A stretch of DNA of 64,000 bases from a virus: the IMG/VR virus record IMGVR_UViG_3300037247_000655, positions 101,527 through 165,526 of that record. One strand, given 5' to 3'. The translations under genes were made by a program, and so were the position numbers. The notes beneath the pieces were generated by a model. That model did no database searches and was not told where the DNA came from. It saw only the letters and a program-made list of their open reading frames with translations. Position 1 is the stretch's first letter, and every line of letters starts with the position of its first letter. Shown piece by piece: positions 48,859 to 60,033 of the stretch.

Positions 48859-49928
48859 TCAGTTATCCTCCACAATATTATATTTAAGCATCATCGCTGC
48901 CGTCCCATCGCGTATGTCTAAAAGCAATTCCTTTGCTAACCTTTCTGCGTCTCGCCTAGCTTCACGGATATGTTCCCGTCTAGGCCCCGTTCTTATAGTA
49001 TCACCCAACCGAACACTACCACGATAATATGATTCTCCGACCACTAGCAATCGACGATCGGTTTCATCACAATCCAATTGAATATCATGGATGTAAGCAA
49101 AAGATGAACCTGAAAACCATCCCTTTTTCCACTTTTGTGTGAGTTTAAGATTCATATTTTCTCTCTTGTTGTTAGACGAGTTCTAATATAAGTATTTCTT
49201 TATCTACTACATCTACCGTTGTGGTTTGAGCCAGGTTTTCCCAAAAGTTTTTTATGCATTTTTACTCGCCCCTGTTGATATCATCTTGAGACCACTCAAA
49301 TTTACGCTCACCAACTTTCAGACCTAACCATGTCATTGGCCCGGAATCCCACACTTCGAACTGAACATATTCTTCTGCCGCGATACCATCTTTCAAGTGA
49401 TACCTAAATAAAGCGCAGTCGTCAAATGCTTGTGTGTGGTCTGTTTCGTTTATTTGCTCCTTTATGTATCCGCTATCGCGACCACAGCATGGACAAAAGT
49501 CTTTGACCCTGGCGTTTTCACGCAGGAAATCTTCTGCTTCTTTTGATAAACCTTGTGGTTGTGAACATCTCATGGTTTTCTCACATATACACCAAACTAG
49601 ACTCAGACCTGATTGGGTCCTGCAGTGGTTATGGTTCCATTTCGTTTTCTCTACCATCAAAAAGAAGGGCTATGTTGTTTGAGATTTTGTCGATTTTCCA
49701 AATATGATTCTGTGCCTGTACTAGTGCGTCGTCTATCAACTCTTCTGGGGTCAACTTGATATTACCAACGGACACACACCTTCTGCCTGCAGCTCCTGTC
49801 GTAGCCATTGCTATCCAACGCAGAGCATACAATTCGGACATCTTCATGGACGCCTGTAATGTAATAAGTTTCCTCTGTTGGATCTTAGTTAATCCTGTCA
49901 TGACATCTACTCCGGTTATTGTCCGCAT
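48859..49928 (-). other. Three small hypothetical CDSs (48859-49155, 49262-49660, 49629-49928)
   Basis: Co-oriented ORFs; starts uncertain. Confidence 0.5.
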
Positions 49929-49942
49929 CCAGAATGACCTTT

Positions 49943-50536
49943 CTATTCACTTATCACCTCATCTAAGATAGGCACGCCAAGATCTTCCATTGTCACTAAA
50001 CATTCTCTTTCCTTGTCTTGTTCGTCTTTTTCGCTCATTGACACGTAACCTGGATAGACGGCATCAACTACTATCTCTATCTCTGCCAAGTCGCTCAGAT
50101 CAAACAAACCAGCCACTGTTTCAGAGACACACTCATCACCATATATGCCACAGACGACCATATCTAGTGGCCAAGACGGATGGTCCTTGATACAAGACAA
50201 AACTTCCGCCCCACCGTCTCCCCCGTATTTGGTAATCGTATCTGTATGTGGATAATCCTTGACAGATTCAATTATATCGTGGTGGATCTTAGTGCTACTA
50301 GGGTGTTCATATTGCAACAGAATTATAGCCCACCCATTGTGTTTGGCATGTTGTATGAGATCGCATACAATAGGGACCAAGTCATTGTCAAGAACCTCCC
50401 CAAGGAAATGGTCTTGCATATCTACGACTACTAACGTTCTCGGTGTACTGCTTAGTTCTCTCATTTTAGCTCTTTCACAAGGATTCAGGGTATATAACCC
50501 ACTTTGCTGTTCCATATTGTTTATTAGCAAGATCAA
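49943..50536 (-). CDS. Isochorismatase/cysteine hydrolase family protein
   Basis: LVVVDMQ (Asp), TK (Lys), CGIYGDECV (Cys); true start probably MRELS. Confidence 0.8.
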   Translation of the reverse strand: MILLINNMEQQSGLYTLNPCERAKMRELSSTPRTLVVVDMQDHFLGEVLDNDLVPIVCDLIQHAKHNGWAIILLQYEHPSSTKIHHDIIESVKDYPHTDTITKYGGDGGAEVLSCIKDHPSWPLDMVVCGIYGDECVSETVAGLFDLSDLAEIEIVVDAVYPGYVSMSEKDEQDKERECLVTMEDLGVPILDEVISE

Positions 50537-51076
50537 TGGCGACTTGAGCTATCTGATCATCAGGTATGTCTGCTGGTATATCAATAGACATGGTATCCCA
50601 TGTACGCCCTATTGTGTCGTGCAAACATGCCAACTTAACAGGTTTCGTGCGTGTTGTCCATTGTGTGTCTAACGACTCCATTAATTCTTTGAGATTGTCG
50701 AAATCAACCAATGTTGCGTTGTCTTCTGACCCTAGTATTCTACGACAAATTTTCCCACTTCCATCTTCCCATAATGTTATCTTCGCATCTCCACCATACT
50801 TTTTAGCCATTTTGTCTAGAATTGTATTAAGTTCAGTGTACGTTTTTGGGCGTGATGGCATGATTAACTCCTTATACAAAGTGGACTGACCGGTTCATAA
50901 TCATCCCAGTCATTACGACAATAACAGTTGCCACAACAATCGTCTTCACCATCGTCGTCTAGAATTGGCTGATCATCTAAGACGGTTTCAGGTTCTACCT
51001 GTCTCTTCAGGTGACGAGCACGTTTAAAAGCGTTCATGGTTTTATCTCCAAATGTGATGCATTTATTATCTTCCAA
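50475..51076 (-). other. Two small hypothetical CDSs (50475-50879, 50864-51076)
   Basis: Co-oriented ORFs. Confidence 0.45.
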
Positions 51077-51121
51077 AAATCGAACCCAACTTGTGTATAA
51101 TACCAGTAAGGAGGTTCGAAA

Positions 51122-51799
51122 ATGAAAACGAAAGAGAAAAATGAAGCAAGAAGCATAAGGACTAAAGAGCAGCTTTCAATCAAGGATATCGCCATTCGAT
51201 TAGGCGTTGCTAAAAGCAGTGTTAGTCGATGGGTGAGGGATTTACCGTTGTCTAAGGAGACCATAGACGCTAGATGCTTGGCTGGATGCATTAAAGGTGC
51301 TAGGGTCCGACACGACGACGCCAGGGCTATTAGAAAGCAATATCAACAAGCTGGCATGGAAATGATGGATGAATACCGAGACGACTCCTTGTTCGTCGCT
51401 GGTTGTATGATGCACTGGGCTGAGGGGGCCAAAGATAAGAATAGGGTCAATATTTCAAACACCGATTCATTTTTCTTACGACTTTGGCTGGAGTTTATCT
51501 GGCAATTCTTTGATATTCAGCCATCCGATATTGCTCTCCATATCCATTGTTATCTAAACAATAATAAGACCCAACAGCAGATCGAATCATATTGGTTGAA
51601 AAAGCTTGGGTTGTCCAAGTCAAACTTGAGAAAGACTGTCGTTGTGACCAAACACAAGTTTAGCACAGGTGCAAAAAATAACAGACACCCATACGGAGTT
51701 GCCCAATTAAACATCTGTTCCACAGAAGTGATACAGAAGATCTGGGGAGCGGTCAAATGCTACGCGAGTATTGATGATAATGAAAAATGGCTTGATTAA
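51122..51799 (+). CDS. HTH + LAGLIDADG-like putative homing endonuclease, convergent on tRNA-Glu
   Basis: HTH SIKDIA..GVAKSSVSRW; AGCMMHWAEG, SNTD..F, YW; own TGTGTATAAT and AAGGAGG. Confidence 0.7.
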   Translation: MKTKEKNEARSIRTKEQLSIKDIAIRLGVAKSSVSRWVRDLPLSKETIDARCLAGCIKGARVRHDDARAIRKQYQQAGMEMMDEYRDDSLFVAGCMMHWAEGAKDKNRVNISNTDSFFLRLWLEFIWQFFDIQPSDIALHIHCYLNNNKTQQQIESYWLKKLGLSKSNLRKTVVVTKHKFSTGAKNNRHPYGVAQLNICSTEVIQKIWGAVKCYASIDDNEKWLD

Positions 51800-51800
51800 A

Positions 51801-51875
51801 TACCCCCGACCGGACTCGAACCGGCAACCCTCCAGGATGAAAACCTGGCGTCATAACCAATTAGACCACGGGGGC
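51801..51875 (-). tRNA. tRNA-Glu(TTC); no encoded CCA
   Basis: GCCCCCG acceptor, CCAGG-TTTTCAT-CCTGG, GGTTCGAGTCC. Confidence 0.9.
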
Positions 51876-51887
51876 AACACCTACTAC

Positions 51888-52379
51888 CTATTCGGCAAGC
51901 AACTCTGATATGTCTGGCAAACTAGACAATATTACCTCGGCTTCTTTCGCGTCTTCTGCGAATTGGATTTTGATCACAGCATGCTGCACTGACTCGTCTA
52001 ACTTTTCTTTTGTTTGTTTAAATCGTATCTGATGTGCTGATTGTACAGTTTCAACTTCTTCTGTTATGGTATCCCATTCTTTTGCAATAGCTTCCTCTTG
52101 TTTCTCTAGGGCCTTACTCTTCTTCAACAACGCTGCGTGTTTCTTTTGTAGCGATGCTGGCAGACTTTTCAACTTTGTAAGATCTGTTAGATGTCGCACT
52201 TCGTAGTTGCTAATGGTACTGGAACCATATCTATTTTGAGACCCTACAAGTGGAAATTGTACCGACAACTGAAACTGTAGCTTATCTGCTTCTTTCTGCA
52301 ACATCTTACACAAAATATCTCTCTGTTTCTGGTTCATACCATTAGCTCCTTCTGTGAAAAGTTGGTTGTCTTGGAACAC
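51888..52379 (-). CDS. Hypothetical coiled-coil protein
   Basis: AAGGAG RBS near MNQK. Confidence 0.6.
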   Translation of the reverse strand: MFQDNQLFTEGANGMNQKQRDILCKMLQKEADKLQFQLSVQFPLVGSQNRYGSSTISNYEVRHLTDLTKLKSLPASLQKKHAALLKKSKALEKQEEAIAKEWDTITEEVETVQSAHQIRFKQTKEKLDESVQHAVIKIQFAEDAKEAEVILSSLPDISELLAE

Positions 52380-52846
52380 ACTTCCACTAATTCTATCTCT
52401 TCTGTTACGTCAGAACAAGGGGAATAGACGTCTTTTATTCTTGATCCATAAAAGCCGTCTGTACCATACAGTATGACACCTGCGAAATCTGGGTGTGCGT
52501 ATTCCTTTGTCATAGTGTCCTTTATACGCTGAATCGTCCTGCCAGAGTCTACCAGATCGTCTATAATTACATACCTAACAGGTGTGAGTTTGTCTCGCGA
52601 GAGAGTTTCTATGTCGTGAGAAGAATGCGAACCTCCCTCATAAGACGACATCTTGGCATCTAAAGGTTTTCGTATGATTCCGCATGGTATGCCAGACTGG
52701 ATTGACGCTGGTAATAGCACAATTACGCCACTGACACCAGTCCCTACTATCATATCAACTTTTCCAAACTGAGGATCTTGTAGCCTATGACAGATTGTAC
52801 TGATTGTTGCCGCTGGGTATCGTAATGCAGAGCTAAGATAGTCCAC
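52334..52846 (-). CDS. Type I phosphoribosyltransferase
   Basis: IIRK, YVIIDDLVDSGRT PRPP loop. Confidence 0.85.
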   Translation of the reverse strand: MDYLSSALRYPAATISTICHRLQDPQFGKVDMIVGTGVSGVIVLLPASIQSGIPCGIIRKPLDAKMSSYEGGSHSSHDIETLSRDKLTPVRYVIIDDLVDSGRTIQRIKDTMTKEYAHPDFAGVILYGTDGFYGSRIKDVYSPCSDVTEEIELVEVCSKTTNFSQKELMV

Positions 52847-52869
52847 AGTTAAATTCCCCTCTCATAACA

Positions 52870-54059
52870 CTACCAAATACTAATTGCTATGATAGTCGCT
52901 GTAACTAGTACAACGATCCAAAAATTTCTTCGACACGTATCTACCTGGCTATTTAAGCCTACGAGACAGTCTTCGCAGGTATGGTCTTCGTTCAACGTAT
53001 CGACTGGGCTATAACACAGGATACATATATCAGACATGATTAGACTCAGCTCCTCATAGGTGTAATTTAATACTAAGCCACGGCTGTCCCAAGGAAAAGC
53101 ATTAAGACAAAAGTGATGAACGCCAAAGGTATGCTTGACTGTCCTATTCCCGGTATTAGACCAAGAAATCCTCCCATCCACCACTCTATGTAAACGGGCC
53201 TTCCCGAATAAACCAGCCAAGAGTTGATGATGTATGGCCACAAGAGAGCGCCAATCCCAAACAATACACAAACTAACATTAACCAAAACCCAAGTCCCAA
53301 TCCCACTAGTGCAAGTACAGCCTTCATAATTCTTCTCCGTTTACTGACACTCTTCTAGACAACGCTCAGCCTCTGCGTTAAACTTGCCCATCATTGTTCG
53401 TAACCGTAGAATAACCTCCTGTTTCATTTGTAGTTCTTTGATACACTTAAGCAACAGCTTTGGAGTATCACCTCCTGATAACTCTCTCAGCTGAATTTGC
53501 AGATATATTTCCTCCCAGTCAAGTCCGTTTGCCACGTTTATCTCCCGCCACGCATAAGAGCCACCTTGTGCCCTAGGGCTGCTGCCCTGTTCCGGTTCTC
53601 TCGTCGTGAGATCTTCTTCTTTAACTGGTTTTGTTGGGCCATCGCGAGAGGATCTCTCTGTACGCGGGCCAGGTCGTCCGAAGACCACGTTAGACACCTA
53701 CCTCCCCACACTTGTTTTGCGTGCCTAGACGAAACAGACCTAGCAGACTTTCTTTTGACCAACGTTGACCGTTTATTTTTCCATTGACCGTCTAATCCCC
53801 TCTCCATGTTAGCCTCATCGTGCCCCTTCCTTCTTGTGGGGAAGCCGAATGTACCATCTCCACACGCGTCTTTCTGCCACTGTGGACCACCAAATCTCTT
53901 GCCGTCTTTGACGGGAACGGTGAATTCTGATCTTGGCTCATTATTGTGTTTCGCCCACTTGGCACTATTCCCCTTGACCTTATTATATCTGCGGCCTTGG
54001 CTAGAGTGTTTCGGTGATGTTTTGCCATCTGCGCAACAACTACAAGGTTCTGTCTTCAT
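52870..54059 (-). other. Run of small CDSs: membrane proteins (ending 52870; 53073-53327), 53341-53535, basic protein 53538-54059
   Basis: Starts revised to RBS-preceded codons, which removes the long overlaps in the ORF track. Confidence 0.5.
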
Positions 54060-54082
54060 AATTATTCCTCTAGTGATTGTAG

Positions 54083-54679
54083 TTAAAAGTCCAGACACCC
54101 CAACTCGGGTAGGCATGTGAATCGCGTTCCGTCTATGTCTTTTTCGAATGAACGATGGAAATGTCCAAAGACCCATCTAGCAGGTTGATGCACGGCGAAC
54201 ATCTGTTCCAATAACTGACTAGTGCGAGACGGCCTAATATCCATTGATAGGGTGACATATGGTATCACAGTAGTTGGACAGGTGTGCGTGACGACAAATT
54301 GGGGTTTTATTCTTGAGTACTCAGCCAACGCCTTATAGCTAGCAGTCATACCTAATTCTTCGTCTTGCCACCAATTAACGCCTTCTGTCCTGATGTGTCG
54401 ATCTATGCTCAATCCACCACGGACATAGAATATGTCACCGAATCCCGGTACATTATGATTACCATAGTCTCCAAGGAAATGCGGCCAATCACCTACCTTA
54501 TTATAATTGTCATGGTTACCTGGCAAAATTCTGTGACATTTTGGATCTACGTTCCTGAGGGTTGTGTAATCAAAACCAAAATCCCCTACCTGGAGGGTTT
54601 GTTGTGCTTTTTTGATTAAATGATGATACGAAGAGAAGTGCCCATGGACATCTCCTATGATACGTAAGTTGGCTATCAT
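54083..54679 (-). CDS. Metallophosphoesterase
   Basis: GDVHG, QVGDFG, GNHD, THTCP, FGHFH. Confidence 0.85.
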   Translation of the reverse strand: MIANLRIIGDVHGHFSSYHHLIKKAQQTLQVGDFGFDYTTLRNVDPKCHRILPGNHDNYNKVGDWPHFLGDYGNHNVPGFGDIFYVRGGLSIDRHIRTEGVNWWQDEELGMTASYKALAEYSRIKPQFVVTHTCPTTVIPYVTLSMDIRPSRTSQLLEQMFAVHQPARWVFGHFHRSFEKDIDGTRFTCLPELGCLDF

Positions 54680-55626
54680 ATTTCGATAGCTCTGGCTGTC
54701 ACAGTTATGCCAGAATCCCTCTGCACATCCAGTATAGTGCCCAAGTTCTCTGCTTTTACAATGACCCTATCGCTTCCTACAATTACCCTAATGACATGAC
54801 CATCGGATTGGTTGATCATGATTGTATCTCCTGGGTTGGCTTCCATCGGACAATCTCCCTTAACCGGAATCTTTGCAATCTGTGAACATCTCAGATGCGT
54901 CATAATCGCACCACATAATAGTCCATATCCCAAAATTGTTACCTTTTTCCCACATGTCCAAAGGCTCTAGGACTTTTTTTATTGCCCCCCTAAGTTGACC
55001 TGATATGATTAGGTGCGCATCGATCTTCTCTTCTGACACGTATGTCTCTTTGTCTACGTGACTAGATGTTGCTGCTATGAACACATGGTCGGAAAAATTG
55101 CTATCGAATACCTCTAGGTCACAAAGTCTCCCAGTGCCATAATTGTATTGTGGATGTGCCACATCTACTTTGCACCACCATTTTTGACCGCATTCTTGGC
55201 AGTATTTAGCCTCTTGGGCTGCACAACCACACGATCTGACATTTTTTGTAAAGAAAAGTTTCCCTCTATCGATCCGACACCCGACGATAGTCGCAGCGTA
55301 ATAGTTAGTATCCATTGTGTTTCCCCACACAAGCCAAACTAGCTTACTGAACAAACATCGAACGCAGTGGTTTAGTTCATAAATCGTATGATAATCCACC
55401 CAGAGACTTCCAGGACACAGACAGCGTCTTCAGCGCTTTTTACTTGACTAGGGTCTTTGCACCGTACCTTCTGTATCCCTTTGGCCATATCAATCAAACC
55501 TGGTTCGTCGAGAGTACACCCAACCACTTTGATAAGGCGATATAAAGAATCCAATGGTTCCCTGTTGGATCCTTCAATGACAAGAAAATCTCCCTTTTGT
55601 GTCACCCCTGAATCATTCGCCCCCAT
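54676..55626 (-). other. Three small hypothetical CDSs (ending 54676, 54860, 55372)
   Basis: Co-oriented ORFs. Confidence 0.45.
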
Positions 55627-55630
55627 TGTG

Positions 55631-56098
55631 TCAATCCTCCGTCCCTATCTGATGGATACACGTAAATCCTTCACGGCATGTCGGTTCACTAAAACTCCCG
55701 ATCATACGAGCCATGACGTCGTCTGGTACGATTTGCCCAAGCGGACGCTTTCTGTTGCGAGATAGAGCTGTCTTTGGTGGGACGTCTTGCCACAGGCAGT
55801 CGACAGCAACACCAATTTCGTTGGCGATTCTTATCCAACTACCACGACTTGGTCGTGTCAGATGTACATCATCTATTATGATGTCATATCCTCTCCTGAG
55901 CAGTACCCTGGCCGTGAGTTTCACATTTGACCATACGGTGTCCTCTGCGGGTCCATGATACTGCTGACCGGTCAATTCCAGACGGAAATCATCCGGACAC
56001 AAGATAACAGTACCCTCTTTGGATCCCTCTTTGAAGTTTACGGTAGACAGATATGTAGATTTACCAGACCCAGGAAATCCGCACATAATAGTCAACAT
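55631..56098 (-). CDS. P-loop kinase (AAA_33/polynucleotide kinase-like)
   Basis: GFPGSGKST, PDDFR, RN..R..VPDDV, P...EGF. Confidence 0.85.
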   Translation of the reverse strand: MLTIMCGFPGSGKSTYLSTVNFKEGSKEGTVILCPDDFRLELTGQQYHGPAEDTVWSNVKLTARVLLRRGYDIIIDDVHLTRPSRGSWIRIANEIGVAVDCLWQDVPPKTALSRNRKRPLGQIVPDDVMARMIGSFSEPTCREGFTCIHQIGTED

Positions 56099-56220
56099 AA
56101 GTATTCCTTTCAGGATGCTGGACAGACAAGATAATGAAGGGCTATAGCCACCAATTGACCAAACGCAAGCCCTAATAGGAACACATTGATTCTGTGCATG
56201 ATAGGATATCCTTTCTAAAC

Positions 56221-57272
56221 TTAAAACTCTGGGTCAACAGTAGTCGACAGCAGCTGTCGCATAAGTTCGTGACCAAAAAGATGTCTGCATGTTCGAATTT
56301 CGTACGCCAGGTTTTTTGCCCTCTGGTAGCCAGCTCGCTCATCTTCTGCCATACATGCGTCTTCTGGTTGGTCTTCAACGAATCTTCGGAAACCTCTTTT
56401 TATCTCGATCACTGGTTTCTCCTATCAAGAATTGAACACACGATAAACTGTTTCTAGGGTCAGGAGTCGGTCGCAGTGGCTGTGTCGAAGGCGGTTTTGT
56501 CTAGGTGTCTATATACCAGCATTATACTATTATCTCCAGACTAAGTGATCTTGTTTAATACCTCCAGAATGACAGTCTTGGTAGGCGCAATCCAGAACTG
56601 TATATTACAGATCACACACAGAAATCCGACCAACCCAAAGACAATTCCACCAAATAACGTCCAGCCATGGATGAACAGTCGTAGATCTTTGTCTTCGGTA
56701 ATGCGATCTGCAAAACAACACAGACCACCGCAAATTGCTGTAAGACACAAAAAGACCATGCCGAACATTACGTAAGTGAATCCCGCATTGGCCGTCTCTT
56801 GCACTACGGTCTGGGAGATAGACGCTGCGCTTGCTACGACAGGTTCCATCGCCTTGACAATCGCGCCGAATTGATCAAAGAGGTTGTTCACTACGCTGTT
56901 CATTGTTTAGTCCATACTCATCCTTCTCTCCTTATGATATGTTGTGGCTTATGACTAGTTCTGGCCGCAAGGTATAGCAATTCCACGATGATGATGTCCT
57001 TCAGCATGGTTGGGTCCACGCACCTTCATCCTGCATTTAGGACACTTCTGTCCCTGGGTTACGACGATATCATCGCCATTACCATCTTGCCCCACCGTGA
57101 TCTTCCTGCCAAAACCGATGCTACTACACTGCTGTCGAAAAGAACATTGTTCGAGATGGACCCCGCGATCAGATAACACCTTGTGTTCCACCGGACCTTT
57201 TTTCGTTTTTGTACGCCTAGAACCGGTTATGTCGTAGTTTGCCATGACTTCTCCTATAATAATAGACTTCAT
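56221..57272 (-). other. Small hypothetical CDSs (56221-56412, membrane protein 56541-56903, 56955-57272)
   Basis: Co-oriented ORFs with RBS. Confidence 0.5.
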
Positions 57273-57284
57273 TCATCGCATCCT

Positions 57285-57602
57285 CTACGAGAATACGCTA
57301 CCAAGATTGGCATCTCGTTGACGTTTCAACGACTCATCCACACCTTTTGTGTCTTGCGAACTGGGCTGTTCCGTTACGATAAGATAGTTCCCTATTCTAG
57401 CGTAACACGGGTAACCATCTGTATTGAACCACGCATCCCCACTCATTTTCTTGTGTTCACCTGGACACTCTATGACTTCAAATCTTTTTCCATACCTAGA
57501 ATGTCCAGGCACTGTTATCTCTATCACATCTCCAGGTTGGGCATCTCGATCTCCCATTGGCTTATTCCTCCCACAATTCGCCGTCAGCGTCATACAGCTC
57601 AT
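57285..57602 (-). CDS. Small protein, paralog of 60034-60360
   Basis: AQPGDVI..VIECP..QRDANL; likely start MGDR. Confidence 0.6.
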   Translation of the reverse strand: MSCMTLTANCGRNKPMGDRDAQPGDVIEITVPGHSRYGKRFEVIECPGEHKKMSGDAWFNTDGYPCYARIGNYLIVTEQPSSQDTKGVDESLKRQRDANLGSVFS

Positions 57603-59291
57603 CTAACGAGTAATGTATGATATGGATCGTTTCGATGCCTGTACTGGCCTTAAAAGCCGCCTCTACGCTACCCAGAGAGTTGACGTCGACCAACTTAACA
57701 AGGGCAAAGCTGCCTGTCTTTGAGTAATTGCCACCGAAGAAGTCTTCGTCGTACTCGACTCGTATGTACTGTTGGTGTTTGTTCATCCTATGCCACCTTG
57801 TCGTCGAGCATATCGTCGTCTTCAGGTAGATCTTTCAGAAAAGATTCGAGATCGTCCTGGCAGTTACTACAATCCCCAGTACAACCGCAATCACAATCAT
57901 CGGGTTGACTATTTCTTTCCCAGGTAATTAGGCCTATCTCCAACTCCAGCTCCAGACGCTCGATTGCAGGGTTTTGGACGCATTCTATTATCAGTCTGAG
58001 AGCCTCGTCTTCAGAAGACACTTCGAACTGATCTGTACCGCGTTGTCGAACGAACTCGTTTGAGTCATAGTTGGTACTATCTCTGTTCCACACAGTTGCC
58101 TTGCTCATAACTATATCCTTTCACGTGGTGATTACAATAGACACTCAGGAATTCGTGTACGGACGAGATGGGTCCTCTCCATTCGTTGTATGTTTCAACA
58201 CCACGACTGGCGATCTCACGTCCTCTGGATTCTGCATCTATATGACTCTTGAAGGGTTGACTCAGTAAGCTGTCGTCTCCAGGTTGTGTCCCGCAGTTGT
58301 TTATGCACCGTCCTTGTCGCCACGGACCTTCACATTTACCACATCTCTGATCGCCAACGCCGTACTTCCTATCGTCATCGCAGTACCAACAGAATCCATC
58401 CTCCATCCCCGCACCATGCAGTTTTTGTCTACAGTCCCTACACCTCAGGTGCCTAGTCATTATTCAGATCCTTTTGCAGCTCGGCGATTTTGATATTGAA
58501 AGCCTTGTATGCCGTACTTCCCGACGTCAAACTATTGAGGGTTGTTCGAAACTCATCCAATACTTCTAGAGCTGTTTTAGGGGTGTCTTCGTTGGGAGTG
58601 GATGCGACATACGCCCTGGCGTGCGCTATTGTCCGTACTATGTCGTCGTACGGATGGCTGAGTGAGTAATTCCCATCTATCGTACAGGCTACTTCTTGTT
58701 CTACGGGGGAGCTGCGGATGCGTCCGTGAATTTCATTAAGAGGGATAGATATGACCCCACACTGGTTTTCCCAGAATTCGACTATAACCAGACCATTGAA
58801 GTCACATACCCGTGGTAACTCTTCCCGTTTGGCCCTGGTGTATTCTGTTACGACTTTGAATGGTTCTGGATCGCATTCCAATGAAAGAGCATAGGTTCGT
58901 TCATAGTAGGTAAGGTCTGCCGAAACCAGATCAATCCCCATTCTTTTCGCTTCCTGTATCGCATATATCCAATTACCATCTTTCCGCGAAAGTAACAGTT
59001 CTCGCGTATTCTTGTGTCGAATCTCGTAGACAGCCATGTTTATCTCTTTCTATTATTACTCATTAGATACATCAATCAAGAAGTGACAGGACTTTTCATC
59101 GATCGAATATCCTTTGCGACTTCCTTCATGACTAATACAGCAGCTTCGCAATCAATCAAATCCCCATTGTCTAGAGACCCGTTCTTTAACATACGTACCT
59201 TGGCTATATGCGATTCACACATTCGTGCGCATATTTCAATCATTTCGTTCATCAAATCGTTGATTTGTTTCTTCATAATGTCATCTTTCAT
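57562..59291 (-). other. Run of small hypothetical CDSs (57562-57786, 57788-58108, 58077-58460, 58453-59037, 59076-59291)
   Basis: Coupled co-oriented ORFs. Confidence 0.5.
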
Positions 59292-59305
59292 ACATTCACC
59301 TCCAT

Positions 59306-59379
59306 TGTCCCCGCTAGGACTCGAACCTAGAACTACAGCATTTTAAGTGCTGTTCCTCTGCCAGTTGGGATACGAGGAC
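59306..59379 (-). tRNA. tRNA-Leu(TAA) with short variable loop; no encoded CCA
   Basis: GTCCTCG acceptor, CAGCA-CTTAAAA-TGCTG, 5-nt variable loop, CTAGG-TTCGAGT-CCTAG. Confidence 0.85.
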
Positions 59380-59431
59380 ATTGTACCAGAAGTCCTGTAG
59401 TTGGTATAACTTTTATTCAGGGCTGGGCATA

Positions 59432-59651
59432 TCATCGCCTCCTGTTTAACTCCATCATAGATACACGAGTGACGACCAAACGACGTATACAGGTCATGTG
59501 GCAACTATCCCGCCTATAATCACGGGCATCCTGACGAGTTTCAAAAAGCAATGGGGCGTCATTTTTGCCAGACACAAAATAGGGTCCGCCCTGATATGCA
59601 TCACAGACTATTTCCCCATTTTATCACGTTGAGCCTTCTATGGTTCTCCAT
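59432..59651 (-). pseudogene. Small gene with an apparent 1-nt frameshift
   Basis: Removing one A from TGGGGAAATA gives a 72-aa ORF MENHRRLNVIKWGIVCDAY..PLLFETRQDAR.. that fills the gap. Confidence 0.4.
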
Positions 59652-59655
59652 TGTT

Positions 59656-60024
59656 TTATCCCGCAACCTTTCTTACTGACGCCAGTGTATCCTGGGCTTC
59701 AGAGATTTCAGCCTCCAACTCGGCTCGTTCATCTCCTCCAATCGCCACATCCTTGAGACAAGATATACGGGTCTCTATCTCACACTCGGCCAGTACCAGC
59801 AGACACTCCAGTTCGTCGGGAGGAATTGTGACACCTGTCTCTTTGTTCTCGTCTATATCCTGTTGAAACGCCGCACGCCAATGTGAGGCTACCTCGTTCG
59901 CTTCTTTTTCCCTTCTGAAGATTTTAGTGTGCATACTAATTCCGTGCACGCCATACACATTCATTGCCCACGTATAATCGGCTAGCTGGGATACTCTAAC
60001 ACGATCCGTCCTTTTCATCACCAT
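59656..60024 (-). CDS. Hypothetical protein
   Basis: GGAGG RBS. Confidence 0.55.
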   Translation of the reverse strand: MVMKRTDRVRVSQLADYTWAMNVYGVHGISMHTKIFRREKEANEVASHWRAAFQQDIDENKETGVTIPPDELECLLVLAECEIETRISCLKDVAIGGDERAELEAEISEAQDTLASVRKVAG

Positions 60025-60033
60025 CGCCTCCAG

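Noticed and set aside
53341-54176. Extensive overlapping genes
   Set aside because: The overlaps disappear when RBS-preceded starts (53535, 54059) are used.
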